Source: an uncultured delta proteobacterium (lineage in GTDB: Bacteria; Desulfobacterota; Desulfuromonadia; Desulfuromonadales; BM103). From it: a stretch of DNA of 64,000 nt. Positions 10,601 through 19,621 of this stretch are shown here, piece by piece. The position numbers were made by a program, and so were the translations under genes. How positions within the stretch are numbered: the first letter of the stretch is position 1; every line of letters begins with the position of its first letter. The notes below the pieces were generated by a model. That model ran no database searches, had not been told where the DNA came from, and saw nothing but the letters and a program-made list of their open reading frames with translations. Location of the stretch: the NCBI GenBank assembly GCA_963715335.1, contig CAVQRZ010000001.1, positions 128,001 through 192,000 of the forward strand, read 5' to 3'.

Positions 10601-11529
10601 AAGTCCGGCAGCAAGTGGTCGCGGCTCATGGCCAGGGGGTAGCGCGAAGCACTGAGCAGCCCCGCGTTGGCAACCGACACAAAGGCTAGCAGCGCTGCCA
10701 GAGACAGCAGCACAACCCCGGGGAAGCCCAGGGCGTAGCCCGCCGCAGTTGCGACCGGGGTCAGGTTGCCGCGCAGCTCGTCGGGCGGGACCAGGCCGAC
10801 GATCACGGTGGTTCCGAGACCATAGACCAGAATGGCGCTGGCGAGGGCAAGAAACACCGCCCGCGGCAGATTCCGCTCCGGGTCCTTGACTTCTTCCGAC
10901 AGGCTCGCAACCTTGGTCACGCCGACATAGCTGATGTAGACCAGGCCGGCCGTGGAGATGATGTTGTCGAACCCGGCGGCCAAAAAGCCCTCGAAATGGA
11001 GCGGCTGGATGGAGAAGGCCCCGCTGGTAATGAAAACCAGCAGCAGACTGAGCAGCCCGAACACCAGTGCGACCTGGAGGCCACCGCTCTTCTTGGTGCC
11101 CAGGAGGTTGATCACGCCGAGGGCAACAGCGATCGTTACGGCGATCGGGACGATCTGCAGGATCGGGAAGAACAGGGCAATGTAGGCCCCCATCCCGACC
11201 AGCGCGAAGGCAACCTTGAGGACGAGGGCCAGCCAGGTACCGATGCCGCCGATCGTGCCAAAAAACGGCCCAAGGGAGCGGTCCAGGAAATAGTAGACCC
11301 CTCCGGCACGGGGCATGGCCGTCGCCAGCTCTATGATACTGAACGTGGCGGGAATCATCGGCAAGGCGGCCAGCATGTACGCGAGGACAAGCCCCGGGCC
11401 AGCGCTGATGGCAGCGATTCCGGGAAGCAGGAAAAACCCGGCGCTCAGGGTCGCACCGGTGGCGATGGCATAGACGTCGACCAGTCGCAGTTCTTTTTTC
11501 AAACGTACGTGTGTCCTGGGAAGCGCCAT
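7609..11529 (-). CDS. As sequenced, one 1306 aa ORF: APC amino-acid permease + PTS EIIA + TrkA-C, joined to a CPA2-type cation:proton antiporter + CBS pair. Probably two genes (11529..9435 and 9345..7609).
   Basis: APC (GATLSAGFF, SEEVKDP), EIIA (GVALPH, HLRILA), TrkA-C (GDRLLVIG), CPA2 (ATAPAAT, QAGVAIG) and CBS (RFPVID) motifs, with a linker at ~9345-9465 that does not look like protein. Confidence 0.75.
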   Translation of the reverse strand: MALPRTHVRLKKELRLVDVYAIATGATLSAGFFLLPGIAAISAGPGLVLAYMLAALPMIPATFSIIELATAMPRAGGVYYFLDRSLGPFFGTIGGIGTWLALVLKVAFALVGMGAYIALFFPILQIVPIAVTIAVALGVINLLGTKKSGGLQVALVFGLLSLLLVFITSGAFSIQPLHFEGFLAAGFDNIISTAGLVYISYVGVTKVASLSEEVKDPERNLPRAVFLALASAILVYGLGTTVIVGLVPPDELRGNLTPVATAAGYALGFPGVVLLSLAALLAFVSVANAGLLSASRYPLAMSRDHLLPDLFRSLSRFGTPFHAISLTLTAIILTIVLFDPVGIAKLASSFQLLMFALVCVAVIVMRESQIQSYDPGYRSPFYPWMQLAGIVLPLFLIFEMGVVPMLFSAGLILASSGWYLYYGRHRVVRAGAIYHVFERLGRHKHVDLDSELRGILREKGLREEDPFDEIVMRSRVVEIDAPCQFKEVVAQVAAKLCTIIPMTEEDICKQVMDGNKIGATPVTRGVALPHFRSDKIAHAEMILVRAKQGVRISIYNPLNYQEEGVEVVYALFFLVSPDHNPTQHLRILARIAERIDEESFFTEWHQADDEQGLRQSLLHDDHFLILNLRAEHPTASLVGQALQDLPIPKGCLVAMLTRGDQSFVPDGSAILKEGDRLLVIGEKKGLSLFRGALRRRHVTSPGSDCFSAPQGAETTRAKARCGQVWHTVMESSLFHILIALAAIFIGALLGGRLASLCHIPRVTGYLVVGLLLGPSLAGLVNLPTFLPVEVLGELRLVSDLALALILMHIGGLFEIRHLDRWRHRVLLFSGSEMLLTFILVAISTLGVNLAIQQKVLPGLTLWQTSLAFAMFLGIIAVATAPAATLMVIREYEAEGPVTNLVLTLVGFNNLVSVLGFAVIAHIFIFPDEGLAILMMRMAGPVVVGAIIGFFMSVWAQRLELPSENKILMLGGIAVTVAICRGLGIDPLLASLVLGMVLANSCSRWHRLQQDIRQVDYLLYVIFFVLAGANLHIESLAHIGLLGIAYVFARTLGKWLGAAIGAQLGAFGETEKTYIGLTLMAQAGVAIGLASQLALHWPTGGKLLETIVLGAVVVFELVGPLAVRHGLVRSGEVPILALLQKKSPVGALEGLHNVVHHFRSALGVPIGHQLKDPGDILVRHIMRQNVETVLHSTPYYALLKHIAHSRYDRFPVIDDQNRFVGVIDYTEIRNLLFEPTLVPLVVAGDLTTTASYCLHPDQPLREALKILQQHRNVSYFPVVDSDDPQKLVGILNQNDVLAAFRRLGQEA

Positions 11530-11693
11530 CTTTCCCTCTCGCCTGTCAAACTCTTGCTGCGAACCGCACCGGGGCCCCAGTCACCAGCCAGCAACTGGGT
11601 CAGGCCCGGAAAGGGTAGAATATAGCATACCCTGTCAGACTTTCGAAAAGACAATTGTCCGGCACAGGCGTTGTCCGGGGTCCCCTTTCTTGC

Positions 11694-13223
11694 TCAGCGG
11701 GGCTTCCGATCCAGCCCCCGATACTGAATCGCCTCGGCCAGGTGGGCCGGACCGATCTCTGCGTTTCCGGCAAGATCGGCAATTGTACGACCGACCTTGA
11801 GCAGGCGCGTATAGCTTCGGGCCGACAGGCCAAGCCGGTCCGTGACCTGTTGCAGCAGTTCCTGCCCTGCTTTGTCGGTCCGACAGTATTTCTGCAGTTG
11901 CCTGGGTCCCATGCGTGCGTTGCAGTGAATCGATGAACCTGCGAACCGCTGTTGCTGGACGGACCGTGCCTGCGCTACCCTGCCACGAACAGTTTCGCTC
12001 CCCTCTACCGGCCGGGTATCGGCAAGATCCCTGTGCGGCAGGCGTGGGACCTCGACCTGCAGATCGATACGATCAAGCAACGGTCCCGAAAGCCTGGTCC
12101 GGTAACGTTGCATCAATGCCGGCGTACAGGTGCAGCTGTGCTGTGAATCGCCGAGAAATCCACAGGGGCAGGGGTTCATGGCGGCGACCATCATAAAGGA
12201 TGCCGGATAGGTGAGGCTTTGTGCGGCTCGACTGATACAGACCTGGCCATCCTCGAGGGGCTGCCGCAGCATTTCCAGGATATTCTTCTTGAACTCCGGG
12301 AGCTCATCGAGAAAAAGGACGCCATTGTGCGCCAGGGAGACCTCTCCGGGGCGGGGATGAGTTCCACCGCCGATCAAACCGGCATCAGAGATTGTATGGT
12401 GCGGCGCTCGGAACACGCGCCTGGCGACCAGGGCCTGACCGGTCGGCAGGAGTCCGAGGATGGAATGAATCTTGGTGATCTCAAGGGCTTCTTCAAAAGT
12501 CTGCTCCGGTAGAATCGTCGCGATCCTCCTGGCGAGCATTGTCTTGCCGCTGCCGGGAGGTCCGACCATCAGGATGTTGTGCCCGCCGGCGGCGGCAACC
12601 TCCAGGGCGCGCTTGACATGGTCTTGCCCCCGCACTTCGGAGAAATCGACATCGTCCTGAACAACCTGGCCGAACATCGTCGAAAGATCGACCCGGCACG
12701 GCTCCAGGGTTCGGTTGCCGGTGAGAAAATCAACCACTTCGCCGAGGGTCCCGGCCGGGTAAACTGGCAGGCCGTCGACCAGCGCACCTTCTTCGGCGTT
12801 GGCGGCAGGCAGGATCAGGCCGTCCAGATGCCAGCGCCGCGCAGCGGCGGCAACCGGCAGCACTCCACGGACCGGCTTGATGCAGCCATCGAGAGACAAT
12901 TCGCCCATCAGGAGGAAACGCGAGGCACGAGCCAACGGCACCAGTCCGGTTGCCGTGAGCAGGCCGACTGCCATAGGCAAATCGAAGGCTGTGCCTTCCT
13001 TGCGAATATCCGCCGGGGCCAGGTTGATCGTGATGCGACGGGTGGGAAATTCGTAACCGGAATTTTTAATCGCGGACTTGACGCGGTCCTTGCTTTCCTT
13101 GACCGCGCCCTCGGGGAGACCAACCGTGGCAAACTGCGGCAGTCCCTGGGCTATATCGACTTCCACCTCGACCGGGTAGGCGTCAATCCCGAGCAGCGCC
13201 CCGGATAAAACCTTGGCAAGCAT
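11694..13223 (-). CDS. comM: YifB/ComM Mg-chelatase-like AAA+ ATPase
   Basis: GPPGSGKT, RAPHHT, GEVSLAHNGVLFLDE and NPCPCG motifs; ATG at 13223 with a GGAGG RBS. Confidence 0.93.
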   Translation of the reverse strand: MLAKVLSGALLGIDAYPVEVEVDIAQGLPQFATVGLPEGAVKESKDRVKSAIKNSGYEFPTRRITINLAPADIRKEGTAFDLPMAVGLLTATGLVPLARASRFLLMGELSLDGCIKPVRGVLPVAAAARRWHLDGLILPAANAEEGALVDGLPVYPAGTLGEVVDFLTGNRTLEPCRVDLSTMFGQVVQDDVDFSEVRGQDHVKRALEVAAAGGHNILMVGPPGSGKTMLARRIATILPEQTFEEALEITKIHSILGLLPTGQALVARRVFRAPHHTISDAGLIGGGTHPRPGEVSLAHNGVLFLDELPEFKKNILEMLRQPLEDGQVCISRAAQSLTYPASFMMVAAMNPCPCGFLGDSQHSCTCTPALMQRYRTRLSGPLLDRIDLQVEVPRLPHRDLADTRPVEGSETVRGRVAQARSVQQQRFAGSSIHCNARMGPRQLQKYCRTDKAGQELLQQVTDRLGLSARSYTRLLKVGRTIADLAGNAEIGPAHLAEAIQYRGLDRKPR

Positions 13224-13320
13224 ATGTCCCTCCATTTGCAAATAGCAGGCCCCGATCTCGGGGCAAATTACATGCGTTGCCAGACTGGCAACATTTCATT
13301 AAACAGCTTGAAAAACGCTT

Positions 13321-13433
13321 AACGCCCGTTCGCTTCGCTCACTCAAGGCGCAAAGTAACGCAAAGAAAAACCATAAATTTTAATCTTATTCTTCCTTGGC
13401 CTTTCTTTCGCGTCTTTGCGCCTTTGCGTTAAA
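13321..13433. repeat. Short palindromic intergenic repeat (aaggcgcaaag...ctttgcgcctt type)
   Basis: Inverted arms at 13345-13355 and 13414-13424, with repeated cgcaaag/ctttgcg units around an AT-rich spacer. Confidence 0.65.
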
Positions 13434-13455
13434 TGGTTTATTTCAAGATTTGAAA

Positions 13456-14394
13456 TCACCCTGAATGCTCCAACTCGTCCAGGTATTTCTCTGCAACGAT
13501 CGCCGCAATCGCGCCATCACCGACCGCAGTCGCGATCTGCTTGAGGATCTTCTTGCGGACGTCGCCGGCCGCGAAAACGCCCGGCATCGAAGTCCGGCAA
13601 TCCGAGTCGGTCAGGATGTAGCCATCCTTATCGAGGTCAAGAATCTCGGCCAGGAAATGTGCCTTGGGCGTCACGCCGATGGCGACGAACATGCCGACCA
13701 CCTCGAGAGTCTGCCGGGAATCGTCCTGACGGTTGCGCAGCACCAGACTGGTGACCCCGCTCTTGTCGCCGAGAGCTTCCTCGACAAGGCAATTCCAGAG
13801 CGGTTCAATCTTGTCGTTGGCAAACAGCCGGTCCTGCAGGACCTTGGTAGCCCGCAGCTCATCACGCCGGTGCACCAGGTAAACCTTGCTGGCGAAACGG
13901 CTCAGGAACAGAGCCTCTTCGGCGGCCGTATCGCCACCGCCAATAATCGCGACCGGCACATTCCGGAAAAAAGCGCCGTCGCAGGTGGCGCAATACGAGA
14001 CGCCGCGGCCGGTAAATTCGGTTTCGCCAGGGATCCCAAGCTTGCTCGGTTCGGCACCGGTCGTAATAATCACGGCGCGGGTGCGCACTTCTTTGTCATC
14101 GACTGTGACGACCTTTTCCTTGCCATGATCGACCATGCCGGTGACTTCGCCGGTGACTGTTTCCAGGCCAAACTCCTGGCAGTGCTGCTGGAAGCGCATC
14201 ATCAGTTCAGGGCCGTCGATCCCTCCCGGAAAACCGGGATAATTCTCAACCTTGGTGGTCGTCATCACCTGGCCGCCGAGGATCATGCGTTCCACCACCA
14301 GGGTTTTGAGTTTGGCGCGGGAAGTATAAAGGCCAGCGGTCAGTCCAGCCGGGCCGCCACCGATAATCAGTACGTCATATAGGGTTTCGCGCAT
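13456..14394 (-). CDS. trxB: Thioredoxin-disulfide reductase
   Basis: GGGPAG, CATCDG, GGGDTA, HRRD and FAAGDV motifs. Confidence 0.96.
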   Translation of the reverse strand: MRETLYDVLIIGGGPAGLTAGLYTSRAKLKTLVVERMILGGQVMTTTKVENYPGFPGGIDGPELMMRFQQHCQEFGLETVTGEVTGMVDHGKEKVVTVDDKEVRTRAVIITTGAEPSKLGIPGETEFTGRGVSYCATCDGAFFRNVPVAIIGGGDTAAEEALFLSRFASKVYLVHRRDELRATKVLQDRLFANDKIEPLWNCLVEEALGDKSGVTSLVLRNRQDDSRQTLEVVGMFVAIGVTPKAHFLAEILDLDKDGYILTDSDCRTSMPGVFAAGDVRKKILKQIATAVGDGAIAAIVAEKYLDELEHSG

Positions 14395-14544
14395 TTGTCC
14401 TCGTCCTGTATGCACTCTGTAGAAATAGCTGTCGAAAATTGCCGGTAACCTTAGCATAGCTGTGGCGAAAAGGGAATCGCCATCATACTTGCTTTCCCCG
14501 GCGCCGGGGGCCTAGAATAGTGCCGACAAAACCGGACCGAGACC

Positions 14545-15546
14545 ATGACCGAACAGACGACATCAACCCCTCTCCACCAGGGCCACAACCGCGGGCATCA
14601 CGACCATGGGCAGCTTGACCGTGGCATCACCCGTGGCTTCATCATCGCGATCGGCCTGACCGCGATCACCCTGATCGCAGAATTGATCGGGGGCTTCTGG
14701 ACCAACTCCCTGGCCCTGCTCGCCGACGCTGCCCACGTCTTCATGGACCTCTTTGCCCTGGTCCTGTCGCTGGCGGCGATTCATCTGGCCAGGTTCCCGG
14801 CCAGCGACACCCGAACTTACGGGTGGCATCGCGCCGAGATCTTTGCGTCACTGATCAATGGCGCGACCCTGCTGCTGATCGCTTTCGGCATTCTCGGCGA
14901 GGTCTGGGGTCGCCTGATTCACCCCGAAGCGGTCAAGAGCAAGGAGATGTTCATCATTGCGACGATCGGCCTGGTCATGAATCTGGTCGCCGCCGGCCGC
15001 CTGCATAGCCACTCCCGCGACGACCTCAACGTGCGCAGCGCCTTCCTGCACGTCCTCGGCGATGCGATCGCCTCGGTCGGTGTTATCATCGGCGGCATTA
15101 TCATGCTTTACACCGGCTGGTTCATCATCGATGCCCTGATCTCTCTGGGAATCGCCCTGATTATCAGCTGGGGTGCGATCCGCATCCTGCGCGAAGCCGG
15201 TCATATCCTGCTGGAGGGAGTCCCGCCACAGATCAATATCAACGAACTGGTTGCCAGGATGGAGGCCATCACGGGTGTCAGCAATGTTCACCACCTGCAC
15301 GTCTGGTCAATCTGTTCACACATCACGGCGTTGTCGGCACATATCGATATCGAACCGGACTATCGCTTGCACCAGGGTGAAATTATCGGTAATCTCGAGG
15401 AGCTGCTCGATCACGAGTTTCACATCACCCACACGACGCTGCAGGGAGAATGTTCAAGGTGCACGACCGGGCCAGTGATCCAGCAGCTCAAGCACAGGCC
15501 GCGCAAGCCGTCACATGACGACCACCACAACGATCATCGACACTGA
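14545..15546 (+). CDS. czcD: CDF family Zn/Co/Cd efflux transporter (CzcD/ZitB-like)
   Basis: SLALLADAAH.FMD, LHVLGD and HLHVW motifs; His-rich termini. Confidence 0.88.
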   Translation: MTEQTTSTPLHQGHNRGHHDHGQLDRGITRGFIIAIGLTAITLIAELIGGFWTNSLALLADAAHVFMDLFALVLSLAAIHLARFPASDTRTYGWHRAEIFASLINGATLLLIAFGILGEVWGRLIHPEAVKSKEMFIIATIGLVMNLVAAGRLHSHSRDDLNVRSAFLHVLGDAIASVGVIIGGIIMLYTGWFIIDALISLGIALIISWGAIRILREAGHILLEGVPPQININELVARMEAITGVSNVHHLHVWSICSHITALSAHIDIEPDYRLHQGEIIGNLEELLDHEFHITHTTLQGECSRCTTGPVIQQLKHRPRKPSHDDHHNDHRH

Positions 15547-15552
15547 GATTCT

Positions 15553-15960
15553 ATGCACCGTTTGATCAAACCGATTTTCTGGACTTTCCTGTTCCTGGCC
15601 ATGCTGCTGGTCATCGACCAGATCCTTGTCCGGGTCCCCCCGATCCATCCAGCCCATGAAGCCGTCAGCAACTTCTACCGGGACTTCCGCGGTCGCCTGA
15701 TCGACCTGACTTTCGGCGAAAAGCAAGCGGCGCCGGAATCGGTCGAAGCCGTCATCGAGAAACAACAGGCGGCGGAGAAAAAGGCCCCTGCAAAAACCGG
15801 GACCCCCGGCAAAAAACAGTCCCTGCCGGCCAAGAGCACCCCTGCCGAGAAATCGCAACGCTACATCTACTCTGACGGCAAGGGCGAGCTGCACTTTGCC
15901 GATTCCCTGGAAGAGGTCCCGGAAAAATACCGCGCGCAGGCACAACCTATGGGGAAATAG
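15553..15960 (+). CDS. Hypothetical membrane-anchored protein with a DUF4124-like C-terminal motif
   Basis: N-terminal TM, Lys/Ala/Pro linker, and YIYSDGKGELHFADSLEEVPEKYR. Confidence 0.65.
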   Translation: MHRLIKPIFWTFLFLAMLLVIDQILVRVPPIHPAHEAVSNFYRDFRGRLIDLTFGEKQAAPESVEAVIEKQQAAEKKAPAKTGTPGKKQSLPAKSTPAEKSQRYIYSDGKGELHFADSLEEVPEKYRAQAQPMGK

Positions 15961-16080
15961 CGTGGCGGGTGGCGCGTAGCGCGAAAAAAATAAAGGGGTG
16001 CCAGACTCAAGTCTGACACCCCTTATCTTCATAAAAAATTGGTTTTAGCTTTTTCCCGCCACGCGCCACGCGCTACTCGC
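15958..16080. repeat. Inverted heptamer arrays flanking a bidirectional terminator hairpin
   Basis: gcgtggc/gcgcgta heptamers at 15958-15987 are mirrored by cacgcgc units at 16053-16080; hairpin aaggggtg..cacccctt at 15993-16024 lies between convergent genes. Confidence 0.65.
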
Positions 16081-16081
16081 T

Positions 16082-16873
<792 letters not shown>

Positions 16874-17129
16874 GGCACCTCCGATATAAAACAAGGTTCT
16901 AAGCAACCCCTTGTCGCCTCTGCAAGTGGCATCAAAAGTAATTATATGCGAGTCGCAACGACAAACAAGGCCTCCCAAACTTAACCGGATTATCTTGACC
17001 GCAAGGCATAAATCATGCTATGACGTGTGGCATTTTGGTAGCTAGACTACTGTTTTAGATGGTTGTATTTTAATGACAGTTCCACCAGGGACTGAATGTG
17101 TTCAACGCCAGTTGAACCCGCCGAGAGAG

Positions 17130-17615
17130 ATGAAAACCAAATTCGCCACCTTTGCAGTGATGTTGATCTTCTGGGTCGTGTTGTCAGGCATGTTCGACGC
17201 CTTCCACCTGACCCTCGGCGTGATCTGCTGCCTGTTGGTTGCCCACTTCAGTCATGACCTGCTTTTTTACGGTGACCACAAGGCGGGTTGGGGGCAGGGG
17301 CTCCTTGGTATGATCAGCTACCTGCCCTGGCTCTTCTACCAGATCATCCTGGCCAACCTTGAGGTCGCATACGTCGTGCTGCATCCACGGATGCTCGACA
17401 AGATTGACCCGCATGTCATCCGCTTCAAGACCAAGCTTAAAAGGCCTATCTCCAAGGTTACCTTTGCCCAGTCGATCACCCTGACTCCAGGGACCATCAC
17501 GGTCAGCATTCATAAGGACGAATTCTCTGTTTACGCTCTGACCCGCAGCGCCAGCGACGCCCTGCCGGGCGAAATGGAAGAACGGGTCGCTCGCGCTCTG
17601 GAGTCGGGTCAATGA
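17130..17615 (+). CDS. mrpE: Mrp Na+/H+ antiporter subunit E
   Basis: ANLEVA and SITLTPGT motifs. Confidence 0.9.
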   Translation: MKTKFATFAVMLIFWVVLSGMFDAFHLTLGVICCLLVAHFSHDLLFYGDHKAGWGQGLLGMISYLPWLFYQIILANLEVAYVVLHPRMLDKIDPHVIRFKTKLKRPISKVTFAQSITLTPGTITVSIHKDEFSVYALTRSASDALPGEMEERVARALESGQ

Positions 17616-17914
17616 TGCATTCATTCTTTCTGGCAACCGGAGTTGCGCTGGTCCTGCTGATGATCCTCAGCCTGCTGCGTACGGTAATCGGTCCGACCAT
17701 TCTCGACCGGATTCTCGGTGGCAATGTGATCGGCACCAAGACCACTGTGTTGCTGCTGCTCATCGGCTTGCTCTACGACAACCTTGCCATGTTCGTCGAT
17801 ATCGCCATCGCCTACGCGTTGCTCAACTTTATCGCCACGCTCGGAGCAACCAAGTTTTTCCTGCACCGGCTTGACGTTTTCCTGGAAGGACAGGATCGGG
17901 AAGAGAACCCATGA
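17612..17914 (+). CDS. mrpF: Mrp subunit F
   Basis: GPTILDR and D.AI.YALLNFI motifs. Confidence 0.9.
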   Translation: MMHSFFLATGVALVLLMILSLLRTVIGPTILDRILGGNVIGTKTTVLLLLIGLLYDNLAMFVDIAIAYALLNFIATLGATKFFLHRLDVFLEGQDREENP

Positions 17915-18246
17915 CGGTTTTTTCTATCATCGCCATAATTCTGATTATGCTGGGGCTGTTCTTTTTCTTCGCCGGGACCATAGGGATTCTGCGGCTACCG
18001 GACTTTTACAGTCGCCTGCATGCCGCCGGAAAATGTGATTCTCTGGCAGCGACGCTGATGATCGGCGGGATCGCGATCTACAACCTTCAGCCCTTTACGT
18101 TCGGTGCGCTGCTGGTCAGTTTCAAACTGCTTTTGGTTGCCCTGTTTGTTTTCGTCGCCAACCCGACGGCAACCCACGCGATCACCGAAGCGGCACTGGT
18201 GCTCGGCGTTAAACCGTGGCAGCGGACGGAGAAGAAAAAACCATGA
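17911..18246 (+). CDS. mrpG: Mrp subunit G
   Basis: RLPDFYSRLHA and NPTATHA motifs. Confidence 0.9.
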   Translation: MTVFSIIAIILIMLGLFFFFAGTIGILRLPDFYSRLHAAGKCDSLAATLMIGGIAIYNLQPFTFGALLVSFKLLLVALFVFVANPTATHAITEAALVLGVKPWQRTEKKKP

Positions 18247-18488
18247 TCTGGCAACTTGACCTGATGATTCTCACACTGGTGGTGGTTTGCGCCCTGGTAA
18301 CGATTAATATCAAGGACCTGCTCGGGGCATCTGTGGTGTTCGGCATCTATTCGTTCATGATGTGTTTGCTGTGGGCCGAGATGGGCGCCGTCGACGTCGC
18401 GTTCACCGAAGCCACCGTCGGTGCCGGCGTCAGCACTATCTTCTTCATCTCGGCGATCTTCAAAACCACCCGGAGGAGCAAAGATTGA
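18243..18488 (+). CDS. Mrp subunit, DUF4040/MbhD-like (MrpA C-terminal part)
   Basis: GAVDVAFTEATVGAG; ATGA overlap with mrpG. Confidence 0.85.
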   Translation: MIWQLDLMILTLVVVCALVTINIKDLLGASVVFGIYSFMMCLLWAEMGAVDVAFTEATVGAGVSTIFFISAIFKTTRRSKD

Positions 18489-18766
18489 AAGGCCTGGCAT
18501 TGTTCGCAACTCTGTTGACAGGAGCCCTGTTATTGTTTGGGACCAGGGATTTTCCCCCCTGGGGAGACCCCCAGGACCCTGCCAGCACTTACCTCTCCCC
18601 GGTCTATATTGAAAAGGCCGTCGAGCAGACTCACGTCCCGAATATCGTCACTGCGATACTCGGCGATTACCGGGGCTACGACACCATGTTCGAAACCGTG
18701 GTTATCTACTGTGCCGGCATGGCTGTGCTCAGCATCCTGCGCAGAAACAGGGAAGATCAGGAGTGA
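18485..18766 (+). CDS. Mrp subunit, MbhE-like
   Basis: PNIVTAILGDYRGYDTMFE; TTG start overlaps the previous stop. Confidence 0.8.
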   Translation: MKGLALFATLLTGALLLFGTRDFPPWGDPQDPASTYLSPVYIEKAVEQTHVPNIVTAILGDYRGYDTMFETVVIYCAGMAVLSILRRNREDQE

Positions 18767-19230
18767 GAGATATCAACGAACATAAACCCGGTGAAGATCT
18801 GATCATCAAGACCGCGGTGCGGCTGATGGTCCCCTTTGCCCAGCTGTTCGGTCTCTACGTTATCGTTCACGGCCACTACAGCCCGGGCGGCGGGTTCCAG
18901 GGCGGCGTCATCCTCGGGGCCGCATTCATCATGCTCGCCCTGGCTTTTGACATGAAGACCTCCCAGCAATACATGACCATCAGGGTCAATACGGTTTTCA
19001 GCAACCTTGGCGCAGCGATTTTTGTCGGAGTCGGTGCGCTTTGCGCCATCTTCGGCGGGCTGTTTCTCGATTACAGCGCATTGGACAAGCTGATCCCGAT
19101 GGGTCCGGTCGAATGGCGCTCTTTCGGTATCTTCCTGGTTGAAGTCGGCGTCGGCTTTACGGTTATGAGTATCATGGTCCTGCTCTACTGGAACCTCAGT
19201 TCCGGCGGATCGATGGACAAGGGGCTGTAG
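18763..19230 (+). CDS. mrpB: Mrp subunit B
   Basis: HGHYSPGGGFQGG motif. Confidence 0.9.
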   Translation: MRDINEHKPGEDLIIKTAVRLMVPFAQLFGLYVIVHGHYSPGGGFQGGVILGAAFIMLALAFDMKTSQQYMTIRVNTVFSNLGAAIFVGVGALCAIFGGLFLDYSALDKLIPMGPVEWRSFGIFLVEVGVGFTVMSIMVLLYWNLSSGGSMDKGL

Positions 19231-19231
19231 G

Positions 19232-19621
19232 ATGGAAGCGTTCCTCGACGAAATCATCGCCAAATATAATTACTGGATTTACGTTGTGCTGATGATGATC
19301 GGCTTCTACGCCATGATCGGCAAACGCAACCTGGTCAAAAAGTTGCTTGGCATGAACATCTTCCAGACGGCCATCATTCTTTTCTTTGTCTCTATCGGCG
19401 TCAAGAAGGGCGGCGGCATTCCGATCGTCGACAAGTACCAGGCCCTGGCGGGTGGCGTCGATGCCGCCACCGTAGTCAATCCGCTGCCGCACGTCCTGAT
19501 GCTGACCGCCATCGTTGTCGGAGTCAGCGTCACCGGCGTGGCCCTGGCCGTCCTGATCCGCATTCACAAGGAGTTCGGCACCCTGGAAGAAGACGAGATC
19601 CTGGAGAAGCTGCGTCGATGA
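19232..19621 (+). CDS. mrpC: Mrp subunit C
   Basis: NLVKK and NPLPHVLMLTAIVV motifs. Confidence 0.92.
   Translation: MEAFLDEIIAKYNYWIYVVLMMIGFYAMIGKRNLVKKLLGMNIFQTAIILFFVSIGVKKGGGIPIVDKYQALAGGVDAATVVNPLPHVLMLTAIVVGVSVTGVALAVLIRIHKEFGTLEEDEILEKLRR

Noticed and set aside
11694..13223. comM as an interrupted integration target
   Set aside because: The frame is intact and no inserted element is present.
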